A stretch of DNA of 64,000 nucleotides from Candidatus Omnitrophota bacterium (GTDB lineage: Bacteria > Omnitrophota > Gorgyraeia > Gygaellales > Profunditerraquicolaceae), in contig JALOQK010000002.1 in assembly GCA_025453395.1 (NCBI GenBank), forward strand, positions 410,509 through 474,508, read 5' to 3'. Shown piece after piece: positions 38,258 to 48,284 of this stretch (its first letter is position 1; every line of letters starts with the position of its first letter). A program made the translations under genes and the position numbers. Under the pieces are notes generated by a model. That model did not search any database. It worked only from the letters and a program-made list of their open reading frames with translations, and had not been told where the DNA came from.

Positions 38258-40453
38258 TTAATTGTTTAATGACTGGGAACCTGTTTTGGGCTGGTGATAA
38301 CTCTGGTCAAGATTAAACTGCATTTCCGGAAAAGCCTTAAGCCTAAAAGCAATCCAGATACTTTGGCCGTTGCCTTTTGTTGTATTATAAATAAGCTCTG
38401 TCTCCCAGCAATGTAAATCCCTGATAATAGAATACTCCTGCTCCCGCAATCCTCTGCCGGTGGCGGCGGTATTGCTGAATTCAAAACGCTCATAAACACT
38501 GAATTTCCATTTAGGAGTAAGCCTCCATTGCGTGCTAAAAGTTAAATCCTTGCTGTCTTTTCTATGGTACCTCTGGCCGATTCCAATGCTTCGCTCCGGG
38601 GCAAAATTAAAACTTAAATCTGTGTTTATATCGGTAAGCTTATGCTGGTCCCGTGCCAGGGTGGTTTCATTGCTTAATGAAACCCAAGAATAAGGCAAGA
38701 GATCCAGATCAAATAGAAAATCGCCCAATGTCCCGCCTTCTTTATTGCTAGAAGACCTGAAAGTATAGGTATTTCTTACCCGCAAATCGGCTATATCCAC
38801 GCTTTTGCCGGCGCGCTTGGTCTGCAGCTTATTAGACAGCTCCAAAGAAGCGCTGTTGTTCAACTTCAGGGCGTCTATTTCATCTATCTGCTTAAGGCGG
38901 CTTTGGCTAACAGTAGGCTTAAAATTAAAATTATAAGAAACTGTGGGAGAAATAATATGCCTTAAACCGTTGATATCTAATTTCAAAAAATTAGTCTTAA
39001 CGTTAAAAAGCCGGTAGAATTTAGTGCTCATATCTGTTCCGGTATAAAATATAGAGCGCGGAGAAACCGAAGAGCCATTAACATCCTTATCATAATAGGT
39101 AATCCGCTCGCCCACAAAAGGGGCAAGCTTAAAAATGGAAAATCTAAAAGGAACGGATATCTGGTTGTAGGTATCAAATCTGGCCATATCCAAATAAGCG
39201 AAACCGCCTGTTACGCTAGCATCAGGGACTTTTTTGTTATAGTTAGCAAGGGAACTTAAGTTTTCAAAATATACAGGGCTATCCGCGAATATGGGAGTAT
39301 TCACTTTAGTGTATTTTAACTCCGGCAGCTTTTCCAAATCTGAATACCAGCCGTTTATTCTTTTTTGCACTAATAAATCCAGTGAAGAATTATCCATCAC
39401 ATGGCGCAGGGAAAAATAAGTAGACGGCTGCGCGTCTTTTTCATATTCACGGTAAAAATAGTCTTTCAGAAAATCATACTTATCGCCGTATAATTTACGC
39501 TTCGTATCTTTTTCTTTGAAATACTGCGCGAACATACTTGTGCGGTCAGTGATATCCCACTTATGCCGGTAACGTATAAGGTAACGCTCGAATTCATGGG
39601 AAGAATTAGAATCTGCTGCGGATATGCTATTTGAATTATCGCGTTCATGCGTATAGTAAACTTTAAAATCGCCCTTGCCAAAATCCAAAGAATCAAAATT
39701 AACCAGGTACCCCGGGGCAACCCCCAGTTTCTGGCGGTAATCCAAAAGAAGATTTCCCGTAACATTAGCAGTTAAGTCATGCCGCCACGCGGTCAACAAA
39801 TAAGCTCCCCAATTTTTCCTGATCCCCGGCGAGACCTGCACATGCATAAGCGGGTCCTTTAAACTCTGGGTTAAACTGGGCAGATATAAAATCGGTATTT
39901 GCGCCTTTTGCCCGAAAAAAAACAGATTATCCTTGGTCTCAACCCGTTCACCTACAAGAAAATCCATTTTCTTTGCCGCGATACGGTAATGCGGATGGTC
40001 AAAATTACAGGTAGTCAGATACGTGCGCAAAGCGCGCATCTGGACACTGCTTAAGCGGTTGATCTTCTGGCTCCTGCCAAAATAAGGATTGGCGCGAAAA
40101 TCAGCATCATAGATAACCCCGATGCCGCTATCAAGATTATAAGTCATCTTTTGCGCTTCTATGACACCTTGCGCGTCTTCTAAGCGCACTTTACCCTCGG
40201 CAACAGCATCACGGGTTTGAGTATCCACGCTTATTTTCTGGCAAAACAGCTTTGTCCCTTTATAAACAATCCTAACATTGCCAACGGCCAAAACATTTCT
40301 ATTGTCAGTAGAATATTCTACGGTATCGGCGTTGATATTAACTCCGGAAGGCTTCAAGGGCAGGATGTCTTCTTGCGCGAAAGAAAAACCAATAAAAGCA
40401 GTTATAAAATATAAGTTTATAAAGAAAGCGCGAAATAGATATTTTTTATTCAC
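38258..40453 (-). CDS. lptD: LPS-assembly protein LptD (OstA family)
   Basis: N-terminal OstA/LptA-like beta-jellyroll region (NADTVEYSTDNRNVLAVGNVRIVYKGTKLFCQKISVDTQTRDAVAEGKVRLED) and a large C-terminal beta-barrel. The start is set to an in-frame GTG, giving the signal-peptide-like MNKKYLFRAFFINLYFITAFIGFSFAQ and avoiding a 50-nt overlap with tal. Confidence 0.7.
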   Translation of the reverse strand: MNKKYLFRAFFINLYFITAFIGFSFAQEDILPLKPSGVNINADTVEYSTDNRNVLAVGNVRIVYKGTKLFCQKISVDTQTRDAVAEGKVRLEDAQGVIEAQKMTYNLDSGIGVIYDADFRANPYFGRSQKINRLSSVQMRALRTYLTTCNFDHPHYRIAAKKMDFLVGERVETKDNLFFFGQKAQIPILYLPSLTQSLKDPLMHVQVSPGIRKNWGAYLLTAWRHDLTANVTGNLLLDYRQKLGVAPGYLVNFDSLDFGKGDFKVYYTHERDNSNSISAADSNSSHEFERYLIRYRHKWDITDRTSMFAQYFKEKDTKRKLYGDKYDFLKDYFYREYEKDAQPSTYFSLRHVMDNSSLDLLVQKRINGWYSDLEKLPELKYTKVNTPIFADSPVYFENLSSLANYNKKVPDASVTGGFAYLDMARFDTYNQISVPFRFSIFKLAPFVGERITYYDKDVNGSSVSPRSIFYTGTDMSTKFYRLFNVKTNFLKLDINGLRHIISPTVSYNFNFKPTVSQSRLKQIDEIDALKLNNSASLELSNKLQTKRAGKSVDIADLRVRNTYTFRSSSNKEGGTLGDFLFDLDLLPYSWVSLSNETTLARDQHKLTDINTDLSFNFAPERSIGIGQRYHRKDSKDLTFSTQWRLTPKWKFSVYERFEFSNTAATGRGLREQEYSIIRDLHCWETELIYNTTKGNGQSIWIAFRLKAFPEMQFNLDQSYHQPKTGSQSLNN

Positions 40454-40457
40454 GAGT

Positions 40458-41105
40458 TTAACTTTTGGGGATTTTTTTATAATCTTCCAGAAAACGTTTG
40501 ACTCCAATATCAGTAAGCGGATGCTTGATCAACTGTTCAATTACCGCAAAAGGGATAGTTGCGATATCCGCCCCTTCTTTGGCGGCGTTTACCACATGCA
40601 TGGGATTGCGCACTGAGGCAACGATAATCTGCGTTTTAAACCCATAATTGGAATAAATCTGTTTTATGTCGCGGATCAGATCCATGCCTTCCAAACTTAT
40701 ATCATCAAGCCTGCCGATAAAAGGCGATATATAGGTAGCGTTGCATTTAGCGGTTAAAAGCGCCTGCGATGGAGAGAAACATAAAGTAACATTGGTCTTA
40801 ATAGATTCTGCGGACAAGATCTTGACCGCCTTTAAGCCGTCTTTGATAAGAGGTATTTTTACCACGATGTTCGGGGCGATCTTAGCCAGCACGCGCGCTT
40901 CTTTGAGCATTTCTTCAGTAGTCAGGCCAACAACTTCAGCGCTTACCGGCCCGGAAACACAGGCGCATATTTCTTTTAGAATCTGCATTGCCGGACGATT
41001 CTCCCGGGCAACAAGAGTAGGATTAGTAGTAACCCCGTCAATAACTCCCAGCTCTTGCGCCTGCTTTATTTCCTCAATGTTAGCTGTATCAATAAAGATC
41101 TTCAA
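40458..41105 (-). CDS. tal: Transaldolase / fructose-6-phosphate aldolase (short Tal/Fsa type)
   Basis: [14 protein letters not shown]...GVTTNPTL signature. It uses a TTG start preceded by a GGAGGG RBS. Confidence 0.85.
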   Translation of the reverse strand: MKIFIDTANIEEIKQAQELGVIDGVTTNPTLVARENRPAMQILKEICACVSGPVSAEVVGLTTEEMLKEARVLAKIAPNIVVKIPLIKDGLKAVKILSAESIKTNVTLCFSPSQALLTAKCNATYISPFIGRLDDISLEGMDLIRDIKQIYSNYGFKTQIIVASVRNPMHVVNAAKEGADIATIPFAVIEQLIKHPLTDIGVKRFLEDYKKIPKS

Positions 41106-41180
41106 TTTGTCCCTCCGGTATATATATGGCGATAATGAAAAGTATTCTATACTAAAGCAGCGGGCTTTTCAAGCAATATA

Positions 41181-41291
41181 TCAGCTTTCAGCCATCAGCC
41201 TTCAGCTTTCAGCAAAAACAAAAATACAATAAGGAAATACCCTGTTTAGTATTTATTATTTTTCTTTTAGCTGATGACTGATAGCTGATAG
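41181..41291. repeat. Empty member of the heptamer-palindrome element family: two inverted arms around a ~55-bp ORF-less core
   Basis: atcagctttcagccatcagccttcagctttcagc ... agctgatgactgatagctgatagctga. It is intergenic between tal and a GGDEF gene. Confidence 0.6.
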
Positions 41292-41295
41292 CTGA

Positions 41296-42297
41296 TTAAC
41301 CCTGACAAACATATATTCGGTTACGCCCAGACTGTTTGGCTTTGTAAAGCGCCTGATCCGCCTTATCAATTAGTTCCTCCTGCGTCCGGCCGTGATCCGG
41401 GAAGAAAGACAAACCAATGCTTATGGTGGCTTTTAGCGTCTCATCATAGGCCTTAACCATGCCCTGTTCAATTGCCTGCCTTATACGTTCAGCCACAAAG
41501 ATGGCTTCTTCCATCTTGGTTTGGGGAAGAAGCAGGATAAATTCCTCTCCGCCAAAACGGCCCAAAAGATCAACCTGACGGCTGTTCTCCTTTATGGAAT
41601 TGCAGATATGCCGCAATATCTGATCCCCAACCAAATGCCCGTAACGGTCATTGCAATTCTTGAAGTGGTCCACATCGATCATCAGTATTGCGAATGTCAA
41701 ACCAAACCTTAATGAACGTTCCAACTCTTGAGCAAACCTTTCCAGATAATAACGCCGGTTAAAAATACCGGTTAGGCTATCAACAATAGACAACTCCTGC
41801 ACCTTAAGGTATAAAAACGCGCGTTTTAAAACAAGCATGAACTGATGCGTTAATATATCAAACTTCTCGCGGTCTTTTTCAGACAAACCCTTGATCAGCA
41901 AATATCCTGCGGCAGGCGAGCCTTTTTGCAGGATAAAAGGGATAACTTCATACCCCAGGACATCTTTTAGATTAGCCGTCTGCCGGACAAACCTGCAGTC
42001 CTGAAAATCTATGTGGCGCTCAATCTCTTCGCGAAAGACCATAAAAAGCTTATCCTCATCAAGATATTTACTGATTTCTTTGGTGATGGTATAAAGTTCC
42101 ATGGTATCAGAGGCATCCCTCTCTATCAAGGCGACCTGCGCTTCAAGCTCTTTATTTTGAGCGTATAGATCATGATAATGCTGCTGCATCTGCTTAGAGC
42201 TTAGAGAAAATTTGAATAATCTTTCCCTGAACCAAAACCTCAAATAGAAAAAACAATATAAAATAAGCGATATAAGTACGGCTATTTTCATAAACAA
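41296..42297 (-). CDS. Diguanylate cyclase (GGDEF) with N-terminal TM and coiled-coil
   Basis: RFGGEEF active-site motif and a predicted RxxD I-site region. Confidence 0.85.
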   Translation of the reverse strand: MFMKIAVLISLILYCFFYLRFWFRERLFKFSLSSKQMQQHYHDLYAQNKELEAQVALIERDASDTMELYTITKEISKYLDEDKLFMVFREEIERHIDFQDCRFVRQTANLKDVLGYEVIPFILQKGSPAAGYLLIKGLSEKDREKFDILTHQFMLVLKRAFLYLKVQELSIVDSLTGIFNRRYYLERFAQELERSLRFGLTFAILMIDVDHFKNCNDRYGHLVGDQILRHICNSIKENSRQVDLLGRFGGEEFILLLPQTKMEEAIFVAERIRQAIEQGMVKAYDETLKATISIGLSFFPDHGRTQEELIDKADQALYKAKQSGRNRIYVCQG

Positions 42298-43568
42298 ACC
42301 ACCCTGTTTCTGCCTTTATCTTTGGCCTTATACAGCATCATGTCCGCCTTCAACATCAACTCTTCTTCGTTAGAAGCGTCATCAGGAAAACACGCAGCCC
42401 CTATTGAAACAGTAACACTGGTTTTTTTGCGGCGCAGCTCAATCTGTATCTGCTCAACTTCTTTGCGCATTTTCTCAGCTATCTGCTTAACTTCCGGTTT
42501 TGACATAGTAGGGATAAAAATACAAAACTCTTCTCCGCCAAAACGGCTTGCCACTGCGTCATGGCCCTTTAAGACCCCTAAAATGCATCTGGACAGCTCT
42601 CTTAAAACTATATCGCCGGCAGTATGGCCAAATTTATCGTTATAAGACTTAAAATAATCTATATCAAGCATTATAACCGAAAGGGCATGTTTTTTAGCCA
42701 AACAGCGGGCATATTCCTCTTTTAAACACTGCAAGAAATGCCCTTTGGTGTAAAGCTGCGTTAAACCATCACGCAAAGCCAGCTCTTCAGTATGCTCAAA
42801 CAACTCGCTATTTTCTAAGGCTACCGCCCCCAACTCTGATAGAGTAACCAGAAATCTTAAATCATCTTGTGAAAAACAGGACTGCTGGGAGCTTTCTAAC
42901 CTTAACGCGCCTATAAACCTGTTATTGGCGATAAGCGGCGCGATGATAACTGAAGATATACCCCTTGTCCTCTCGCTTTCTATCGCCTCAACATCAAAAC
43001 GAAAATCACTTTTAACGTCTCCAATCAAAAGAGGCGTCATATGCCTTAATACCCAAATATCAAAGATGTCACCCTGTTTCTGCTTGATCACCAGATGCCG
43101 GTCTTCTTTCTTGGTTTTGAAAATAGCCAGATTCTGCGTCTTCTGATCTATAAGATACAGTATGCAGCTGCCCCTGCTATTTCCTATTAAATGAAAGGCG
43201 ATTTCCGTCAAACAGTTAGCAGTGGTTTCCAAATCCAGGCTCTGGTTGATATCCTGCACTATCTCTTTAAGCTGGTTGTAACGGCCTATTTTTTCTTTTA
43301 GAGAAGAACGTATTGCCTGATAATGGCGGTTTTGCGCGGTAATAAGGTTGATTTTTTCTTCGCTGCGGCTTATGGCAAGCTTAAAGTTATCTTTATTGCT
43401 TAAGTAGGCCATAAAGGAAAGATAGCCTATCAAGCCGATAATAAAGTAAAACAAAAATATGATTTTTAAAGAGGAGCTGTTAAGCGGAGAGAAAAGAACA
43501 AGCGGAATTCCGATATAGGCAAACGGCAAAAGGTAATTATAGAAACCTGCGCTATTATTCTTGGGCAC
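42288..43568 (-). CDS. Membrane-anchored GAF-GGDEF diguanylate cyclase
   Basis: Two N-terminal TM helices, a GAF-like sensory domain and a C-terminal GGDEF domain (RFGGEEF). Confidence 0.8.
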   Translation of the reverse strand: MPKNNSAGFYNYLLPFAYIGIPLVLFSPLNSSSLKIIFLFYFIIGLIGYLSFMAYLSNKDNFKLAISRSEEKINLITAQNRHYQAIRSSLKEKIGRYNQLKEIVQDINQSLDLETTANCLTEIAFHLIGNSRGSCILYLIDQKTQNLAIFKTKKEDRHLVIKQKQGDIFDIWVLRHMTPLLIGDVKSDFRFDVEAIESERTRGISSVIIAPLIANNRFIGALRLESSQQSCFSQDDLRFLVTLSELGAVALENSELFEHTEELALRDGLTQLYTKGHFLQCLKEEYARCLAKKHALSVIMLDIDYFKSYNDKFGHTAGDIVLRELSRCILGVLKGHDAVASRFGGEEFCIFIPTMSKPEVKQIAEKMRKEVEQIQIELRRKKTSVTVSIGAACFPDDASNEEELMLKADMMLYKAKDKGRNRVVCL

Positions 43569-43610
43569 GATTTATTTTAACACTAAGATTAGCAAAGAAT
43601 CAAGAAAAGA

Positions 43611-44744
43611 TTAGGCTATAGCCTCTTCGGTGTCTTTGGCAAAAAAATGCACCTTGCTCATGTCAAAAACAACATCTATGTCCTGATTTACCCGCGGCCG
43701 ATTGTGGGAGGCGACCCGGGCGATAAAGGTATGCTTTCCGGTATTAAGGTGCAAATACACTTCCGAGCCCATAGGCTCAACTACCTCACAAGTAACCCTA
43801 ACAATATTCTCCGCAGGCGCCTCTGAAACAAAAAGCTTGTCATAGATATCTTCGGATCTTATTCCTAACACAACCTCTTTTCCGCTGTAAGCAATAATCC
43901 TACTATACATATCTTCCACTATCTTGACTTTAATAATCCCCTCGTCAAAATAAAATTTTCCATCTTTCTTAATAATCTTTCCGTTGATGAAATTCATTGG
44001 CGGGGAGCCGATAAAACCTGCCACGAACTTATTTTTCGGCTGGTCATAAATGGTGATCGGATCAGCCACCTGCTGGATCACTCCTTCTTTCATAACCGCG
44101 ATCCTATCCCCCATAGTCATGGCCTCAATCTGATCATGGGTAACGTAAATAATCGTAGTCTGTAAACGAATATGCAATTTATGTATTTCGGTGCGCATAT
44201 TAACGCGAAGCTTCGCGTCAAGGTTGCTTAAGGGTTCATCAAAAAGAAAAACAAGCGGCTTTCTGACAATCGCCCTGCCTACAGCTACACGTTGACGCTC
44301 TCCGCCTGAAAGCTCGCGCGGCTTACGGCCCAAAAGATGTTTTAAGCCCAATATCTGCGCGGCATCATTTACGCGCTGGATAATCTCCTGCTTGGGATAA
44401 TGCCTTAACTTCAGCCCAAACGCCATATTCTCAAAAACAGTCATATGAGGATAAAGGGCGTAATTCTGAAAAACCATAGCGATATCCCGGTCTTTTGCCG
44501 GCACATCGTTGACCATTTTATCGCCGATATAAATACTGCCTTCGCTTATTTCTTCCAGGCCGGCGATCATCCTTAAGGTAGTGGATTTGCCGCAGCCGGA
44601 AGGCCCCACTATAATCATAAACTCTTTATTCTCTATACTTAAGTTTATCCGCTCAACGGCCCTGGTGCCGTTGGGATAGATTTTGGATATATTATTTAAG
44701 CTTACCTGCGCCATTTCATCCTCATTATTAACAAAAATATTCAA
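43611..44744 (-). CDS. ABC transporter ATP-binding protein of the MalK/UgpC sugar-importer type with C-terminal TOBE domain
   Basis: Walker A GPSGCGKST, Q-loop, signature LSGGERQRV and Walker B FLFDEPLSNLD. The ~140-aa C-terminal regulatory domain is also present. Confidence 0.8.
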   Translation of the reverse strand: MNIFVNNEDEMAQVSLNNISKIYPNGTRAVERINLSIENKEFMIIVGPSGCGKSTTLRMIAGLEEISEGSIYIGDKMVNDVPAKDRDIAMVFQNYALYPHMTVFENMAFGLKLRHYPKQEIIQRVNDAAQILGLKHLLGRKPRELSGGERQRVAVGRAIVRKPLVFLFDEPLSNLDAKLRVNMRTEIHKLHIRLQTTIIYVTHDQIEAMTMGDRIAVMKEGVIQQVADPITIYDQPKNKFVAGFIGSPPMNFINGKIIKKDGKFYFDEGIIKVKIVEDMYSRIIAYSGKEVVLGIRSEDIYDKLFVSEAPAENIVRVTCEVVEPMGSEVYLHLNTGKHTFIARVASHNRPRVNQDIDVVFDMSKVHFFAKDTEEAIA

Positions 44745-45567
44745 GCAGACGGCTTAATGACTGTTTCATATCCTTACGGTTGACAATCATATCAATCATG
44801 CCGTGCTCTAAAAGAAATTCTGAACGTTGAAATCCTGGGGGAAGTTTCTGGCGAATAGTCTGCTCAATGACCCTGGGGCCGGTAAATCCGATCAAAGCCT
44901 TTGGTTCAGCAACCGTAATATCCCCCAAGGCGGCAAAAGAAGCCATAACTCCTGCCATAGTAGGGTTGGTCAAAACAGATATAAACAATAATTTGGCTTT
45001 ATGGTGATAGGAAAGAGCAGCCGATGTTTTTGCCATCTGCATGAGGCTGAACATCCCCTCATACATCCTCGCCCCGCCGCCTGAACCAGAAACGATAATA
45101 ACTGGAAGCTTCTTTTTGGTCGCGCTTTCTATAGCCCGGGTTATTTTCTCTCCCACCACAGAGCCCATTGAGCCCATAATAAAACGCGAATCTGTTGCCG
45201 CGATAACAACTTTCCTATTATCCAAAAGCCCTTCCCCTGTGACAGCAGCATCTTTTAATCCGGTTGCATCCTGATCCTGCTTGAGTTTTTCCTTGTATGT
45301 CTTTGGCCCCTTAAAATCCAAAGGGTCAGATGATAGCATATCTTTATCGTATTCCTCAAAGGTGGGCTTATCGATTAAAAGATTCACTCTTTCATAAGCG
45401 CCTAAAACAAAATGAAAATTACATTTGGGGCAGACTTTAAGATTTTCTTCTAAGGTCTTATTGTAAAGCGGCTGGGAACACTCTTCGCACTTGGTCCAAA
45501 GACCCTCAGGGATCTCTTTCTTCTTCACTCGCACAATTGTGTACTTTGGTTTTCCAAATAGCGCCAT
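44728..45567 (-). CDS. accD: Acetyl-CoA carboxylase carboxyltransferase beta subunit
   Basis: N-terminal C4 zinc ribbon (CEECSQ...CPKCNFH) followed by a carboxyltransferase domain. Confidence 0.85.
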   Translation of the reverse strand: MALFGKPKYTIVRVKKKEIPEGLWTKCEECSQPLYNKTLEENLKVCPKCNFHFVLGAYERVNLLIDKPTFEEYDKDMLSSDPLDFKGPKTYKEKLKQDQDATGLKDAAVTGEGLLDNRKVVIAATDSRFIMGSMGSVVGEKITRAIESATKKKLPVIIVSGSGGGARMYEGMFSLMQMAKTSAALSYHHKAKLLFISVLTNPTMAGVMASFAALGDITVAEPKALIGFTGPRVIEQTIRQKLPPGFQRSEFLLEHGMIDMIVNRKDMKQSLSRLLEYFC

Positions 45568-45582
45568 ATTTACCTCATAACC

Positions 45583-46857
45583 CTAAAACTTATTGATCAC
45601 CAAACCTGAAAGTACTTTTGGATAAAAATAGGTTGATTTTGAAGGCATCCTTTCGCCTCTTAAGGCAACATTGATGATCTCTTCCATCTTCGCAGGGTTT
45701 AAAATAAAAACTATTCCCCCTGGCTCTTTATCAAGCTTGCGCATCAATTCCTGCGCATCGTGATGAAAGATTATTTTACTTTTATCCTCTATATCCATGC
45801 CTAAGGCCTTATTTAAAACAAGGTAATTAAATATGCATACCCCCAGCCTTCTATATTCTTTGGGCTTATCCGCAATTACCTTATCTAAAATCTTAATATT
45901 TTTCAATCTCAACAGCCAGAATTTCTTGTCTATATACATGCCGATGACCTGCTCGTTCATAGCGGCCTTCTGCATAAGAAAGGTAAAACGCGCAGAATCC
46001 TTAACCTCTTCTACATCAAAATTTTCTCTTAAAAGCTCTTTAAAGGACTCAAAGTTAAACCCCGATGGCAGATGGACAAAGCGATGAATAGGAAGAATAC
46101 TTAACCCCCGCGCGTCGGTATTAGTAAAATAAGTCATCAGGTAATTAAACCCTTCGGCCCCGTCCAAAGAACCCAATTTCTTGCGCATGTGCTCCCGATA
46201 AAGGCAGGCCACTTCATAACGATGGTGCCCGTCGGCAATAAATATTTCTTCGTCCTGCATCTTAGATTGTATGCTCTTTAATAATTCCGGTTCGTCCACT
46301 CTCCAGATCTTATGCTTAACGCTGTCAGGGTCAACAACCTGCATAGAGCACGGCAAATTCTTTATATAAGACGAAAACACCTGGCGGATAACTCGTTTCT
46401 TGTCGGGGAATATGGCAAAAATCGGGCTTAAATTGGCATGCACCTTAGAAAGTAATTTAAAGCGGTCTTCTTTGGGCTCGCAACGGGTATATTCATGCTT
46501 GAATACGGGGGATGATTTATCCTCTAACTCTAAAAGCGAGATAAAACCAAAACGGGTCTTCTTTTCTCCTAGAATATTATATTCCTGGCTATAAAAATAT
46601 ATTGCGGGTTTGGCATCTTTGGTCAGGATATCCTGCTTTATCCAATCCTGAAACATCCTTCCCGCGCGCGCGTATTTATCATCATCCGGGATATCCTTGC
46701 CTAAAAGCAAATGGATTAAATTATAGGGGCTTTGTTTATGGTAAAATTCCTGCTGTTTCTGGGAAATAACGTCATACGGAGGGCAAGTAACCCGAGATAA
46801 ATCTGCTACCTTATTCTGGTTATAGACTAAAGCGCTAAAGGGTTTTATTTTTGCCAT
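45583..46857 (-). CDS. DUF1015-family conserved protein
   Basis: 424 aa. The N-terminal IKPFSALVY...CPPYDVIS pattern resembles DUF1015; no catalytic motifs are recognisable. Confidence 0.45.
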   Translation of the reverse strand: MAKIKPFSALVYNQNKVADLSRVTCPPYDVISQKQQEFYHKQSPYNLIHLLLGKDIPDDDKYARAGRMFQDWIKQDILTKDAKPAIYFYSQEYNILGEKKTRFGFISLLELEDKSSPVFKHEYTRCEPKEDRFKLLSKVHANLSPIFAIFPDKKRVIRQVFSSYIKNLPCSMQVVDPDSVKHKIWRVDEPELLKSIQSKMQDEEIFIADGHHRYEVACLYREHMRKKLGSLDGAEGFNYLMTYFTNTDARGLSILPIHRFVHLPSGFNFESFKELLRENFDVEEVKDSARFTFLMQKAAMNEQVIGMYIDKKFWLLRLKNIKILDKVIADKPKEYRRLGVCIFNYLVLNKALGMDIEDKSKIIFHHDAQELMRKLDKEPGGIVFILNPAKMEEIINVALRGERMPSKSTYFYPKVLSGLVINKF

Positions 46858-46862
46858 ATATT

Positions 46863-47120
46863 TTACTGGTGATGCTTACAAGAAGCGCATCCATCTTTAC
46901 TTTTTGGACAGGTTTCCGGGACAGGCGCCTTGGAAGGGCTCTTTTTGTAATCTGTGGCATAAAAACCTGACCCTTTAAAAATAATCCCTGAACCGCTTCC
47001 GATAAGCCGGCGCAGTTTTTTCTTGCATTTAGGGCAAGACTTGAGTGGCGCTTCAGTCATCTTCTGGACAACCTCAAAACGATGCGCGCAAGACAAGCAT
47101 TCATATTCATAAGTAGGCAT
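46863..47120 (-). CDS. FmdB-family zinc-ribbon protein
   Basis: MPTYEYECLSCAHRFEV...CPKC is the characteristic FmdB/CxxC-x17-CxxC zinc ribbon. Confidence 0.7.
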   Translation of the reverse strand: MPTYEYECLSCAHRFEVVQKMTEAPLKSCPKCKKKLRRLIGSGSGIIFKGSGFYATDYKKSPSKAPVPETCPKSKDGCASCKHHQ

Positions 47121-47129
47121 TAATTACTC

Positions 47130-48284
47130 CTATCTAAAAGTCTTTCGTATCCTATCTGTAAAACTGTCTTTGCCGGTGCCTTCCGGTGAAACGCGGGCGA
47201 ATTCTTCCATTGCCTTTCTTTGTTCCTGATTTAAATTTCTGGGTATTTCCACGTCAACCTTGACTAATTGATCGCCGATTTCTCTTGTATGCACGTCTGG
47301 CATGCCTTTTTCTTTAAGCCTGAATACGCTTGCGGATTGCGTTCCGGCAGGGATCTTCATAGAAACTTTGCCAGAAAGAGTAGGCACTTCTACTTGCGCG
47401 CCTAAAACAGCTTTTGCAAGGCTGACCTTGATTTCTGTGATAAGGTCGTTTCCATGGCGCTCTAAGAACGGATGGGCAGATACTTCTATCGCCACATACA
47501 AATCCCCTCTGCCAGCTGTCCCGTATTCACCTTCCTGCCTGATCCTAAGATTAGACCCCGTATCTACGCCCGCGGGGATCTTGACTTTTATTTTACGGGT
47601 AACTTTAACCCTGCCTTGGCCCTTGCATTCCGGACAGGCAGATTGGATAACACTTCCTTCACCTGAACAGGCAGTACAGGTTTGCGCCACCTGAAAGAAG
47701 CCATTAGAGGCAATTATTCTACCACTGCCCCGGCATTTAGAGCAAGTATTTTTCTTGCTTCCGGGCTTAGCCCCTGTGCCAGAACAAACTGCGCATACTT
47801 CGTAACGGGGCAGATTAATCGTCTTTTCAACACCCTGATAAGCCTCTTCCAGGGTTATATTTACGGCGATCTCTAAATCTCGTCCTCTGCGGCTGCGGTT
47901 GCCGCGCCGGCCTTGGGAGCCAAAAATATCAAACCCTAGGTCACTAAAGACTTCCTCAAATAGTCCTCCCCCAACCCCAAAATCACCCATCCCCTGAAAA
48001 ACACTGTTAAAATCCGCGCCCTTAAAGATATCCTCATAAGCGTATTTCTGGTCAATGCCTGAATGCCCATATTGATCATATAAGGCGCGCTTATTGGCGT
48101 CAGAAAGAATAGCATAAGCTTCGGAGATCTCTTTAAATTTCTCCTCGGCTTCTTTTTTCTGCTCTTGAGGCACACGGTCAGGATGAAAGCGCAAGGCCAT
48201 CTGACGGTACGCGTTCTTTACCTCATCCAGGCTTGCGCCTTTTTTGATCCCCAGGATCTCGTAATAATCACGTTTGGTAGACAT
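47130..48284 (-). CDS. dnaJ: Chaperone DnaJ
   Basis: J domain (DYYEILG...HPD), G/F region, four CxxCxGxG zinc-finger repeats and a C-terminal domain. Confidence 0.9.
   Translation of the reverse strand: MSTKRDYYEILGIKKGASLDEVKNAYRQMALRFHPDRVPQEQKKEAEEKFKEISEAYAILSDANKRALYDQYGHSGIDQKYAYEDIFKGADFNSVFQGMGDFGVGGGLFEEVFSDLGFDIFGSQGRRGNRSRRGRDLEIAVNITLEEAYQGVEKTINLPRYEVCAVCSGTGAKPGSKKNTCSKCRGSGRIIASNGFFQVAQTCTACSGEGSVIQSACPECKGQGRVKVTRKIKVKIPAGVDTGSNLRIRQEGEYGTAGRGDLYVAIEVSAHPFLERHGNDLITEIKVSLAKAVLGAQVEVPTLSGKVSMKIPAGTQSASVFRLKEKGMPDVHTREIGDQLVKVDVEIPRNLNQEQRKAMEEFARVSPEGTGKDSFTDRIRKTFR

Noticed and set aside
40453-40507. 50-nt overlap between lptD and tal implied by the ORF track
   Set aside because: An in-frame GTG at ~40451-40453 yields a typical signal peptide (MNKKYLFRAFF...) and removes the overlap. 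The longer ATG-initiated form is probably not the real start.
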